From: Scyliorhinus canicula
Taxonomy: Eukaryota
Assembly (NCBI RefSeq): GCF_902713615.1
Contig: NC_052158.1
Coordinates: 52,918,823-52,982,822, forward strand
Direction of reading: 5' to 3'
Length of the DNA stretch: 64,000 bases
Program-made: the position numbers and the translations under genes
The notes under the pieces: generated by a model
Databases searched by the model: none
What the model was told of the DNA's origin: nothing
Seen by the model: only the letters and a program-made list of their open reading frames with translations
Part shown: in pieces, positions 34,928-47,585 of the stretch
Position numbering within the stretch: the first letter of the stretch is position 1
Layout: each line of letters starts with the position of its first letter

Positions 34928-37900
34928 ATGGCTAGCCGGCGGGGGAGAGGGGCAGGTTGCCCTCTGATCCGTCTGATTACCTGGAACGTGAGGGGGCTGA
35001 ATGGGCCGGTTAAGAGAACTAGGGTAATTTCTCATCTGAAGGGGCTGAAGGCGGACGTGGCTATGCTCCAGGAGACCCACTTGAAGGTGGCGGATCAGGT
35101 TCGTCTGAGGAAGGGGTGGGTGGGGCAGGTTTTTCACTCAGGATTGGACGCGAAGAACCGGGGGGTGGCGATTCTGGTGGGGAAGAGGGTGGCGTTCGAG
35201 GCGGCTGAGGTGGTGTCGGACAAGGAGGGCAGATATATTATGGTGAAGGGTAGGCTGCAGGGAGAGAAGGTGGTGCTGGTTAATGTATATGCCCCGAATT
35301 GGGATGATGCCGGCTTCATGAGGCGCTTGTTGGGCCGCATTCCGGACCTAGAGGCAGGGGGCCTGATCATGGGGGGAGACTTTAACACAGTGCTGGATCC
35401 CCCACTGGACCGGTCCAGTTCAAGGACGGGTAGGAGACCGGCGGCGGCCAAAGTACTGAGGGGGTTTATGGACCAGATGGGAGGGGTGGATCGCTGGAGG
35501 TTTGGGAGGCCGAGAGCGCGGGAGTATTCCTTTTTATCCCATGTCCATAGGGTCTATTCCCGAATAGATTTTTTCATCCTGAGCAGGGGATTGATCCCGA
35601 AGGTGCAGGATGCAGAGTATTCGGCCATAGCAATTTCAGACCATGCTCCGCACTGGGTTGATCTGGAGATGGGGGAGGCGCGGGACCAGCGCCCGCTCTG
35701 GCGCCTGGATGTGGGGCTGCTGGCGGAGGAGGAGGTGTGTAGGAGGGTCCGGGGAAGTATTGAGGGGTATCTTGATACCAACGACACGGGGGAGGTCCGG
35801 GTGGGGATGGTCTGGGAGACTCTGAATGCAGTGATCCGGGGGGAGCTGATCTCCATACGGACCCATAGGGAAAGGAGGGAGAGGAAGGAGAGGGAGAGAC
35901 TGGTGGGGGAGCTCCTGGATGTGGACAGGAGATACGCGGAGGCACCGGAGGAGGGGTTGCTGGGGGAACGGCGTAGTTTGCAGGCCAAATTTGACTTGTT
36001 GACCACCAGAAAGGCAGAGACACAGTGGAGGAGGTCGCAGGGCGCGGTATACGAGTATGGGGAGAAGGCGAGCAGGATGTTGGCGCATCAGCTCCGCAGG
36101 TGGGATGCGGCTAGGGAAATTGGTGGAGTGATGGATAGGGGTGGGAATGTAATGCAGAAGGGGACAGAAGTAAATGGGGTCTTTAGGGACTTCTACGAGG
36201 AACTGTACCGGTCAGAACCTCCGATGGGGAGAGGGGGGATGGAGAGCTTCATGAACAGGCTACGGTTCCCAAGGGTTCAAGAGGAGCTGGTAGAGGGGCT
36301 GGGGGCGCCGATAGAGTTGGAGGAGCTAGTCAGGGGGATCGGGCAAATGCAGTCAGGTAAGGCGCCGGGGCCGGACGGGTTCCCGGTGGAATTTTATAAA
36401 AAGTATGCGGATCTGGTGGGCCCCCTGTTGGTGCGAGCCTTCAATGAGGCATGGGAGGGGGGGGCTTTGCCCCCGACGATGTCGCGGGCACTGATCTCTC
36501 TGATCCTGAAGCGGGATAAGGACCCCTTGCAGTGTGGATCATACAGGCCTATCTCGCTCCTCAATGTTGACGCTAAGTTGCTGGCGAAGATCCTGGCCAC
36601 CAGGATAGAGGACTGTGTGCCAGGGGTGATACATGAGGATCAGACAGGATTTGTCAAGGGACGGCAGCTCAACACGAATGTGCGGAGACTACTAAATGTC
36701 ATTATGATGCCGGCAGTGGAGGGGGAGGCGGAGATAGTGGTGGCGCTGGATGCGGAGAAAGCATTTGATAGAGTTGAGTGGGGGTACCTGTGGGAGGTGC
36801 TGGAGCGGTTTGGATTCGGGGAGGGATTCATCAAATGGGTGAGGCTGCTCTACGCGGCTCCGATGGCGAGTGTAGTTACCAATGGAAGGAGATCGGAGTA
36901 CTTTAGGCTCTACCGTGGGACCAGACAGGGGTGCCCCCTGTCCCCCTTGCTCTTTGCACTGGCGATTGAACCTTTGGCTATGGCGTTGAGGGAGTCAGGG
37001 AGATGAAGGGGTCTGGTGCGGGGTGGGGAGGAACATCGTGTATCGCTGTATGCGGACGACCTGCTGTTGTATGTGGCGGATCCAGAAGGGGGAATGCCGG
37101 GGGTGATGGAGCTGTTAGCGGAATTTGGGGGCTTCTCGGGCTATAAGTTAAATTTAGGCAAGAGTGAGGTATTTGTAGTACACCCAGGTGATCAGGAGGA
37201 GGGAATCGGGAGACTCCCATTTAAGTGGGCAGTGAAGAGTTTCAGATACCTGGGGGTGCAGGTGGCCAGGAGTTGGGGGACTCTCCATAAGCTTAATTTT
37301 AACAGGCTGGTGGAGCAGATGGAAGAGGAATTTAAAAGGTGGGACATGGTGCCACTATCGTTGGTGGGTAGAGTGCAGTCCGTCAAAATGACGGTTCTCC
37401 CGAGGTTCTTGTTCCTTTTTCAGTGTTTGCCCATCTTTATCCCTAGGGCCTTTTTTAGAAGGGTGACTAGCAGCATCATGAGCTTTGTTTGGGCGCATGG
37501 GACCCCGAGGGTGAAGAGGGTCTTCTTGGAGCGGGGTAGAGATGGTGGGGGGCTGGCGTTACCCAATCTCTCGGGGTATTATTGGGCGGCCAATGTGTCG
37601 ATGGTGCGCAAGTGGGTAATGGAGGGGGAGGGGGCAGCATGGAAACGGATGGAGAGGGCGTCCTGTGGCGATACAAGCCTGGGGGCCCTGGTAACGGCGC
37701 CGTGGCCGTTCCCTCCTACAAGGTATACCACGAGTCCGGTGGTGGCGGCTACCCTCAAGATTTGGGGGCAGTGGAGGCGACATAGGGGAGAAGTGGGGGG
37801 CTCGATGGAGGCTCCATTAAGGGGGAACCATAGGTTCGTCCCGGGGAACATTGATGGGGGATTTCAGGGTTGGCACAGAGCGGGCATCAGACAGCTGAGG

Positions 37901-38722
37901 GACCTGTTTATTGATGGGAGGTTTGCGAGCCTGGGGGAGTTGGAGGAGAAATTTGGGCTCCCCCCGGGGAACATGTTCAGGTATCTGCAGGTAAAGGCAT
38001 TTGCTAGGCGGCAGGTGGAGGGATTCCCTTCGCTTCCCGCGAGGGGGGTGAGCGACAGGGTGCTTTCGGGGGTCTGGGTCGGAGAGGGGAAGATATCTGA
38101 TATCTACAAGGTAATGCAGGAGGCAGAGGAGGCGTCAGTAGAGGAGCTGAAAGCTAAGTGGGAGGGGGAACTGGGGGAACAGATCGAAGACAGGACATGG
38201 GCTGATGCCCTGGAGAGGGTTAATTCTTCCTCCTCGTGTGCGCGGCTTAGCCTCATCCAATTCAAGGTGCTGCACCGGGCCCACATGACTGGGACGAGGA
38301 TGAGTAGGTTCTTTGGGGGTGAGGACAGGTGTGTCAGGTGCTCGGGGAGTCCAGCGAACCATGCCCATATGTTCTGGGCATGCCCGGCACTGGAGGAGTT
38401 CTGGAAGGGGGTGGCGAGGACGGTGTCGAGGGTGGTGGGATCCAGGGTCAAGCCAGGATGGGGACTCGCGATTTTTGGGGTTGGGGTGGAGCCGGGAGTG
38501 CAGGAGGCGAAAGAGGCCGGTGTGCTGGCCTTTGCGTCCCTAGTAGCCCGGCGAAGGATCTTGCTACAGTGGAAGGATGCGAGGCCCCCAAGCGTGGAGA
38601 CCTGGATCAATGACATGGCGGGTTTCATTAAGCTAGAGAAGGTCAAATTCGCCCTGAGAGGGTCGGTACAAGGGTTCTTTAGGCGGTGGCAGCCTTTTCT
38701 CGACTTTCTGGCTCAACGATAG
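34928..38722 (+). pseudogene. L1 ORF2 (APE endonuclease, RT, C-terminal Cys-His), one in-frame TGA at 37004
   Basis: TWNVRGLN, LQETH, GGDFN, SDH; PGPDG, LDAEKAFD, RQGCPLSP, YADD; CVRC..ANHAHMFWAC. ORFs 34928-37006 and 37016-38722 are in the same frame. Confidence 0.95.
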
Positions 38723-39171
38723 GGTACGGGGACAGCAGCAGCAGCAACCCGGGGAGGGAAAAGGGGAGGGAAAAGGGGAGGGAAAAGGGGGGGGGGGCCG
38801 ACAATGACTATGTTTGTTTATTTAATTTTAATATTTTTTAAGTTCTTTTGTTGTTCATTAGGGTTGGGGGGGTGGGGGGATGTGATACATGCGCCGATAC
38901 GGTCTGGGGGTGTCACAGTTATTATGGGTTATTTTGTTGCATTTCATTGTTGGTCGTTATGTTTTATATTTTCTGTAAAAAATTCCAATAAAAATTATAT
39001 AAAAAAAAAGGTAGAGGTTAGGGATGAAATTGTGGGTCCCCTAGCAGAGATATTTGTATCATCGCCATTCACAGGTGAGATACCTGGAGATTGGAGGGTA
39101 GCAAATGTTACGCCTTTGTTCAAGAAGGGCCGCAGGAAAAAGCCTGGGAACTACAGAATGGTGAGCCTAAT

Positions 39172-39204
<33 letters not shown>

Positions 39205-39817
39205 AAGTTGTCAGAGGGTATCCTGAGAGCCAGGATCTACAGGCATTTAGAGAGGCAAGGATGATTAGGGACAGTCATCATGGCTTTGTGAGTGTAAAAT
39301 CATGTCTCACGAATTTGATTGCGTTTTTTGAAAAGATAACCAAGAAGGTAAATGAGGGCAGTGCAGTCGACGTTGTGGACATGGACTTTAGCAAGGCCTT
39401 TGACAAGGTACCGGGTGGCAGGTTGTTGCATAAGGTTAAATCTCATGGAACCCATGGTGAGGCAGCCAATTGGATACAAAATTGGCTTGACAACAGAAGA
39501 CAAATGGTGCTTGTAGAAAGTTGTTTTTCAAACTGGAGGCCTGTGACCAGCGGTGCCTCAGGGATCGGTGCTGGGTCCACTGTTATTTGTTATTTATATT
39601 AATGATTTGGATGAGAATTTAGGAGGCATGGTTAGTAAGTTTGCAGATGACACTAAGATTGGTGGCACAGTGGACAGTGACGAAGGTTATCTAGGATTGC
39701 AACAGGATCTTGACCAATTGGGCCAGTGGACCAATGAATGGCAGGTGGAGTTTAATTTAGATAAATGTGAGGTGATGCATTTTGGTAGATTGAATCAGGG
39801 CAGGACATACTGACTAA

Positions 39818-40178
39818 ATCACAGATCACAGAATTTACAGTGCAGAAGGAGGCCATTCGGCCCATCGAGTCTGCACCGGCTCTTGGAAAAAGCACCCTGC
39901 CCAAGGTCAACATCTCCACCCTATCCCCATAACCCAATAACCCCACCCAACACTAAGGGCAATTTTGGACACTAAGGGCAATTTATCATGGCCAATCCAC
40001 CTAACCTGCACATCTTTGGACTGTGGGAGAAAACCGGAACGCCCGGAGGAAACCCACGCACACACGGGGAGGTTGTGCAGACTCCGCACAGACAGTGACC
40101 CAAGCCGGAATCGAACCTGGGACCCTGGAGCTGTGAAGCAATTGTGCTATCCACAATGCTACCGTGCTGCCGTGCTAC
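39818..40178 (-). mobile_element. V-SINE
   Basis: Reverse head, core and tail. Confidence 0.9.
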
Positions 40179-40330
40179 CATGGTAAGGAGTTGGGGAAAG
40201 TTATAGAACAAAGAGATTTAGGGGTATAGGTTCATAGCTCCTAGAAAGTTCAGTCAGAGGTGGAGAGGGTGGTAAAGAAGACATTCGGCATGCTTAGTTT
40301 CATTGGTCAGAACATTGAATACAGGAGTTG

Positions 40331-43300
40331 TGTAGTAATCCACGGGAGGCAGGAGTTCCGTCACCACACCAATATTTACAGTAACGATATTACAGGAGCA
40401 GCTACAAACAGTGCTGCTAGCAGTCCAGTCAACTTAAGACTGGCTCACAAAGCCTACACAGGTGATTATATGGGCCCCCTCAATGAGCTATCATTGAGGG
40501 AGCTCATACTCCAATTGGCCAACCAATAAAGCCAATTGGAGGTCATTACACCCCTCCCCCCCTCAAGGTCCGAGGAATTCCTGCCAGCTGGCATTCCTCT
40601 GAGCTTCTTCCTGCTCCTCATGTCTGGGTCTGTCACCTCTGTGTCGTCCGCCGGGTCGTTCTCCGAAGTGGGTGCCCATCTTTTCCTTGACGACCTCCTT
40701 GGAAGTTGTTCTTCCTCCTCCTCGGGGAGAGTTGTCGCGGTTGCCTCGTCGAGTGTGTCCATCTCCGACTCTGATGACTGGATGACGGGGTCTGGAGAAA
40801 TTGCTCGGGGCTGGGGTGTAGCTGGGCTATCCCAGCTTGAGGCGGTCCTGCCTCCAGGTGTGGTTCCGCTGCCCTTATTTGGTCTAGGTGTTTCTTCAGC
40901 AACTTACCTCCTATTGAAACCTCATAGGATATGGGCCCTGTTTGGGACTCTACTGTTGGTCCATTCCCATAATTCTTGACCCAAACCGGTGCACCCACCT
41001 GGAAATGTCTGTGCTGCCGACTATTATCATGCCCCCTGCGTTGGGCCTCCTGTTGTTTCTCCACTTTCCCCGTTAAATTTGGGAAAAGGAGACTCAGCCT
41101 CGTTCGCAGCCGCCTTCCCATTAAGAGTTCAGCTGGCGGTATGCCCATTGTGGAATGCGGTGTGGTCCTGTAATCAAACAGCCAGCGGGAGAACTTTGTG
41201 TCTATTGACGTTGCCGGCTGCTTCTTAAGTCCCGCTTTAAGTGTCTGGACCGCTCTCTCTGCCCGGCCGTTGGACGCTGGATGGTAAGGGGCCGTTTTGA
41301 TGTGATGGACTCCGTTTTCCTTCAGGAATTTTCCAAATTCCCCACTTGTGAATGCCGTTCCGTTGTCCGACACCAATACCTCCGGAAGTCCATGTGTTGC
41401 AAATGAGGCCCTGAGCTTTTCAATTGTCGATGCTGTGCTTGCCGTGCTTACCCGGTGGACGTCCAACCATTTGGAGTGGGCGTCCACTATCACCAAAAAC
41501 ATTGAGCCCATGAAAGGGCCGGCGTGGTCAATATGCAGGCGGGTCCATGGTCTGCCTGGCCATTCCCACGGGTGCAATGGCGCCGCTGGTGGCACTCTTT
41601 GCCCCTGTTGGCACTCCTGGCACCGACGTACCAAGGCTGCTATGTCTGTGTCCAAACCTGGCCACCAAACGTAGCTTCGAGCTAGCATCTTCATTTTAGA
41701 CACCCCTGGGTGTCCGTGATGTAACTCAGTTAAGATTGCCTGACGGCCCTGAGCTGGGACGATTACTCGGGCTTCACATAATAGGATACCAACTTCTGCG
41801 GTTATTTGGTCCCTTCTGCTCCAGTATGGGTGTATCTGGGGCTCCACTGGTCTTTCCAGTTCCCCTGTTAGCACTAAATGCTTCATCTTGGCTAAAACTG
41901 GGTCTTTTTACGTCCACAACCGAATATGTTGTGCGTCTACTGGTAGGGCGTCTACTGGTATTGGTATTTGCGGCGGAGTGTCCAGGAACGGATGTCTGCT
42001 CAAAGCATCTGCATTTGCTACTCGCGTTCCCGGTCTGTGCTCCAGATATGCCGCCAGTAGCAACGCCCAGCGTTGGATTCTAGCTGATGCAATCGGGGGT
42101 ATTGACTTGTCTTCTTTTAATAACCCTAATAACGGCTTATGGTCCATCACTATGGTGAATTTCCACCCCTACAGATACTGGTGAAATTTTTTTACAGCGA
42201 ATATCACCGCCAGTCCTTCCTTCTCGATTTGGGAGTACTTCCTCTCAGCCATCGCCAAGGTCCTCGAAGCCTAGGCTATTGGCCGTTCTTCCCCATTCCT
42301 TCCTCTATGGGCTAAGACGGCTCCTACCCCGTAGGGGTATGCATCACAAGTGACCACCAATTCCTTCCTTGGGTCATAATGCTCTAGGACATTTTCGGAT
42401 GACAGCTGTTCCTTAATGTCCCTAAATGCTCGGTTTTGGCGGGTGGACCATTTCCATTGCCCTTTTTTAGTAGCTGGTGGAGGGGTTCTAGGATGGATGC
42501 CCTATTTTCAATAAATTTTCCAGAATAGGTTACCAACCCTAGAAATGATCGTAACTCCTGGACCGTGGTGGGAGCTGGAGCTTCTTTTATTGCCCTTACT
42601 CTGTCTTCTAATGGGTGTAAGCCTGACTCGTCTACTTTATATCCCAGGTACGTCACTTGTGGGGCCAGAAAAACACATTTTTCCCTTTTTAGCCGTACGC
42701 CTGCATTTGCGAAACGCCTGAGCACTTCCTCCAGGTTCCTTAAGTGTTCCCTGTTTGTCGTACCCGTGATTAAGACATCGTCCAAATAAATCGCCACCTG
42801 CGGTAGTCCCTGCAGAATATTTTCCATCGTATGCTGGAATATAGCGCAGGCTGATGACACTCCGAAAGGTAGTCTAGTGTAACGAAAAAGGCCCTTCAGG
42901 GTGTTGATCGTAGCGAACTTCTGGGAGCCCTTGTCCAGTTTTAACTGCAGGTAGGCGTGGCTCATGTCTAGTTTCGTGAACAAAGCCCACCTGCCAATTT
43001 GGCATATAGGTCGTCTATTTTCGTGATTGGGTATTTGTCCAGCAGTGCGTATTTGTTGACTGTCTGTTTGAAATCTCCACAGAGAGGTATTGAGCCGTCT
43101 GGCTTCAAAATTGGTACCACCGGCGCTGCCTATTCCGAGAACTGTACTGGTCTGATAATGCCGTCGGGCCGTAACCTTTCTATTTCGTCATCTACTTTCT
43201 TCCTTAATGCAAAAGGTACCGGCCTGGCCTTACAAAATTTCGGAAGGGCTTCTGGGTCCACGTGCAAAGTTGCTTTGGCGCCAAACGTTCCTGGAAGACC

Positions 43301-44834
43301 TCCGGTTATTTTTGGAGTACTCCACTCAACTGCCCGCTTCCACTCTGGAAAATCTTCATCCAATCTAATTTTAGGTCTTTCAGCCAGTTCCTTCCAATTA
43401 AGCTCGATCCAGAGCCCTCTACTATCGTCAACGGTAATCTGAGCAATTGTTTCTCATATTCCACAGGTACATGAGTCATGTCTAGAACTTCCAGGGGTTC
43501 CCACGTGTAGGTTTTAAGTTTCATCGATGTTCTTGTTAGGGTTAGTGGCTGGAGTCCATCTTTGATTTTTCTAAATGCTGCCACTCCCATTACTGATACA
43601 GCCGCACCCGTGTCTATTTCCATTATTGTCGGCCGCCCGTTCACCCGTGGAGTAACCCTAATGGGTTCTGCTTTCATCGTTGTTATATTATATAATTGTT
43701 CCCCTTCGGAGGAGGATGGGGCGTCTAGGTTGTGTACTTCCCTGCGTCCCCACCTGCTATTCCTCTTTTGCCACCTCCTTCTAGGGTTTCTGTTGTTGTT
43801 ACCCCACTCTGTCTGGTGCCAGAAACGTTCCTTCTCTGTTGGGGTAGCCTCAGCCGGTACTTCCCTCTGTCTCCAGTTAGTCCTGGCAGACTTGGGGGCA
43901 GTTCTGGGGTTTTCCTTTTTCCCTCTATTCCTCAGGTTTTTCCTGAGAGCGGCTATCTGGTAGCAGGACCCGTTGTGGTAGTCCCTCTCACAGGTATCTA
44001 CCTCCATTGGCATGCCCTGTAGTTCCTGCACCCCACTTGCTGCCTTTTCTAGGGACAGTGCAAGCTGTAACGCCTGCCTGCAGTCTAGCTCCGTTTCCTC
44101 CAACAGGCGTTTCTGTATTGTGAGGTTGTTTATACCACACACTAACCAGTCCCGAAGCATTTCATTTAGCGTCGGGCCGAACTCACATTTTTCCGCCAGC
44201 CTTCTCAGGCGGGTCAAGAAATTCGTGACTGACTCCCTGTCTTCCCCTTCGCTGTGTAGAATCTGTACCTACGCAAAATGAGGGGTGGTTTTGGGTCATA
44301 GTGCTCTTTCACCAATTCTGTTGCTTCTTGGAAAGTTTTCGTGTCCGGCACATCGGGATAAGTCAGACTACGTATAATGGCAAAAGTGGAGGGTCCGCAC
44401 GCCGACAGCAGGATAATTCGACTCCTTTCGTCCGTCAGTATATCATTTGCCCGGAAGAAGTAACATTCTCTCCGCATACTGGGACCAGTCCTCAATAGCC
44501 GGATCGAATGCTTCTAACCTCCCAAAAAACGGCATTTTTAAAATGGCAAGGCTTACCCTCCGAGTGCGGCAGATGGTCTCCGTAAAATTCGTAGTTTACC
44601 TCGTCGCCACTGTAGTAATCCACGGGAGGCAGGAGTTCCGTCACCACACCAATATTTATTTACAATAACAATATTACAGGAGCAGCTACAAACAGTGCTG
44701 CTAGCAGTCCAGTCAACTTAAGACTGGCTCACAAAGCCTACACAGGTGATTATATGGGCCCCCTCAATGAGCTATCACTGATGGAGCTCATACTCCAATT
44801 GGCCAACCAATAAAGCCAATTGGAGTTCATTACA
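40331..44834 (-). mobile_element. pol: Gypsy family C, full-length defective provirus
   Basis: LTRs 40331-40550 and 44611-44834 (5 substitutions and a 4-bp indel by eye); TSD AGTTG; PBS TGGCGACGAGG (tRNA-Ser GCU type); PPT GAGGGGGGAGGGG; protease IDTGA, RT YLDD (42384-42983), integrase ORF 40633-41886. Confidence 0.96.
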
Positions 44835-44880
44835 AGTTGGAAAGTCTTGCTGAAGTTGCACAAGGCATTAGTAAGGCCAC

Positions 44881-45294
44881 GAAAGGCAAAATGCTGGAAA
44901 AATCTCAGCAGGTCTGTGATATGCCATCAGTAAACACACGACGTGATGAACGTAACGGAGGTTTTAATACACTAAACAGCAAGCCTCCTAACCTCTGATC
45001 CTGAACTGGATTGGAGGCGGAGACTAGCCATCTTTATACATGAGCCCAAGGGGAGGAGCCACAGGCGGAGCCAGCCGGGACAAGCCCAGGCATGTAACAA
45101 TACAGTACAATGCAATACAGTGGTTTACCACAGTCTGGCAGCATCTGTAGGGAGAGAAAAGAGCTAATGTTTCGAGTCTGATGGCTCTTTGTAAAAGCTC
45201 TTTTCTCTCCTTACAGATGCTGCCAGACCTGCTGTGATTTTCCAGCATTTTCTCTTTTCTTTCAGATTCCAGCATCTGCAGTAATTTGCCTTTG
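44881..45294. mobile_element. Palindromic Penelope-type short element with a nested solo LTR
   Basis: 13-bp TSD TTAGTAAGGCCAC (44868-44880, 45295-45307); inverted arms around a degenerate hammerhead-like centre. Confidence 0.7.
44915..45132 (-). mobile_element. Solo LTR related to Gypsy B LTR
   Basis: TG..CA termini; reverse GGCTCCGCC..GGCTCCTCCCC motif shared with 16660-16680; short GTC duplication. Confidence 0.75.
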
Positions 45295-46887
45295 TTAGTA
45301 AGGCCACACTTGGAATACTGTGTACCGTTCTGGTCACCCTATTATAGAAAGTATATTATTAAACTAGAAAGAGTGCAGAAAAGATTTACTAGGATGCTAC
45401 CGGAACTTTATGGTTTGAGTTATAAGGAAAGGCTGGATAGACTGAGACTTTTTTCCCTTTGCGTAGGATGATCTTATGGAGGTCTATAAAATAATGAGGG
45501 GCATAGATAAGGTAGCATGGCTGGAACCTTTGACACGTTGGGCAATTGAGGACTGTGTTGGCGATATCTTGGCTGATGTCTGACCAATATACTGCCTCTC
45601 GGGCTCGACGGTGATACTTTTCGACACCCAGGTGACGCTCGTGGATTTGGCCGAGGACCAACTTTCGCATGCTCTGTGGGATCACAATTCTGTCCAGCTC
45701 CATTAGTATGCCGGCCACTACCGCTAAATCGCCCTTTACATTATAAAACTGGGGGGGACTGACCCTTTTGTCAACCATCCGGGAGATGGCGCATGACCCG
45801 CTGGAGTAGAGGATCCCTGGCGGTCTCCTGATGAATTTGCACAACCCTTTCATCAGTGACCGGAAAGTTGGAGGCACAGAATTGCACCTGCGCATCTATC
45901 TGACAGACAATGTCAGTCTGCTCACACGGTGTGGTGATAGATCTGGAGAGTGCATCGGCCAAAATAAGCTCTTTGCCCGGGTTGTACACCAGGTCGAAAT
46001 CGTAGCGGCGGAGTTTGAGGAGGATACGTTGTAACCCTGGCGTCATGTCATTGAGGTCTTTTTGGATGATGTGAACCAATGGCCTGTGGTCCGTCTCGAC
46101 CATGAATTTGGGGAGGCCATACACGTAATCATGGAACATGTCGATCCCGGTAAGGAGGCCCAGGGATTCTTTTTCAATCTGAGCGTATCGTTGCTCAGTG
46201 GACGTCATGGCTCTAGAGGCATATGCAACTGGGGCCCAGGAGGAGGAGTCGTCCCACTGGAGGAGCACTGCCCCAATGCCAGCCTGGCTCGCGTCGGTGG
46301 ATATTTTTGTTTCCTTGGCGGGGTCGAAAAACGGCAGCACCGGGGTGAGTTTCGCCCTGAGCTCACGCCACTCTTGCTGATGAGCGGGGAGCCACTGGAA
46401 GTCCGTAGTTTTTTTAACGAGATTGTGGAGAGCTGTGGTGTGTGATGCAAGGTTGGGGATAAACTTCCCAAGGAAGTTGACCATCCCTAGGAAGCGGAGG
46501 ACCGCCTTCTTGTCCTCCAGGCTCTTCATGGCGTTGATCGCCGACACCTTGTCTGCATCCGGCTGCACGCTGAATTGCGAAATGTGGTCGCCGAAAAATT
46601 TGATTTCTGATTGACCGAACGAGCATTTGGCTCTGTTGAGTCAGAGGTCATGCTCGTGGATCCTGTGGAACACCCGCTTGAGACGATCAATGTGCTCCTG
46701 AGGAGTTGTGGACCAGACAATGATGTGATCGATGTCCACTCGCACCCCCTCGATGCCCTCCATCATTTGTTCCATTATGCGGAGATGATGCCAAAGGGCA
46801 TTCGGTTGTAACAGTAGCGACCGAATGAGGTGTTGAATGTGCACAGCTTTCGACTGGACGCGTCCAGCTGTATTTGCCAAAACCCAA

Positions 46888-47110
46888 GGGCAGCACAGTG
46901 GCACAGTGGTTAGCATTGCTGCCTACGGCGCTGAGGACCCGGGTTCGAATTCCGGCCCTGGGTCACTGTCCATGTGGAGTTTGCACATTCTCCCCGTGTC
47001 TGTGTGGGCTTCGCCCCCACAACCCAAAGATGTGCAGGTTAGGTGAATTGGCCACGCTAAATTGCCCCTTAATTGGAAAAAATAATTGGGTACTCTAAAT
47101 TTAAAAAAAA
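46888..47110 (+). mobile_element. V-SINE variant with A-rich tail
   Basis: 16-bp TSD GTATTTGCCAAAACCC at 46870-46885 and 47111-47126. Confidence 0.9.
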
Positions 47111-47585
47111 GTATTTGCCAAAACCCCTTGGAGGCATCCAGGTTCGTGAAGAGTTTGGCATGAGACATCTCGCTGGTTAGCTCTTCTCATTTGGGTATTG
47201 AGTAGTGTTCCCTCATGATGTTACAGTTCAAATCTTTGGGGTTGATACAGATTTGAAGTTCCCCTGATCGCTTTTTGACACAAACCATGGAGCTGACCCA
47301 GTCCGTGGGTTCCGTGACCTTAGAAATGACGCCCTGGTCCTGGAGGTCTTGCAGCTGCTGCTTGAGGCGGTCCTTAAGGGGTGCCGGCACCCGATGCGGT
47401 GCGTGAACCACAGGGGTGGCATTTGGCTTCAACAGGATTTTGTATCGGTAGGGGTGTGTGCCCATACCTTCGAACACGCTGTGGTATTGTGCTATGAAGT
47501 CATCGAGTTGGGCCTGGAAGTCAACATCTGGCGAGGCTGTTGCCTCTGCGGACGACATGGTGTGAACCCGCTGCACCAGGTTCTA

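Larger units (their letters stand above)
32778..39007 (+). mobile_element. Chimeric L1-clade insertion: 5' fragment of one family (32778-~33128) joined to a full-length second family (~33131-39007)
   Basis: 16-bp TSD AAGGTAGAGGTTAGGG at 32762-32777 and 39008-39023; AATAAA and poly(A) at ~38987-39009; both parts begin GACTTCCGG. Confidence 0.9.
24200..45515 (+). mobile_element. One old plus-strand CR1 broken into pieces (24200-25640, 29926-30746, 32480-32777, 39008-39815, 40185-40330, 44835-44880, 45295-45515)
   Basis: 5'UTR monomers, ORF1 end, EN (YFNARGL..IAITEPW), RT (QGSVLGPLLF, SKFADDTK) and C-terminus (LVRPHLEYCV) occur in collinear order; TSDs of the nested inserts rejoin the pieces. 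Confidence 0.75.

Noticed and set aside
35554-36088. Three overlapping ~150 aa antisense ORFs in L1 ORF2
   Set aside because: Expected from the stop-poor C-rich antisense strand of a G-rich ORF.
39170-39204. Long G homopolymer (also C runs at 50150 and 63960)
   Set aside because: Low complexity, and length is unreliable in assemblies; no function can be supported.
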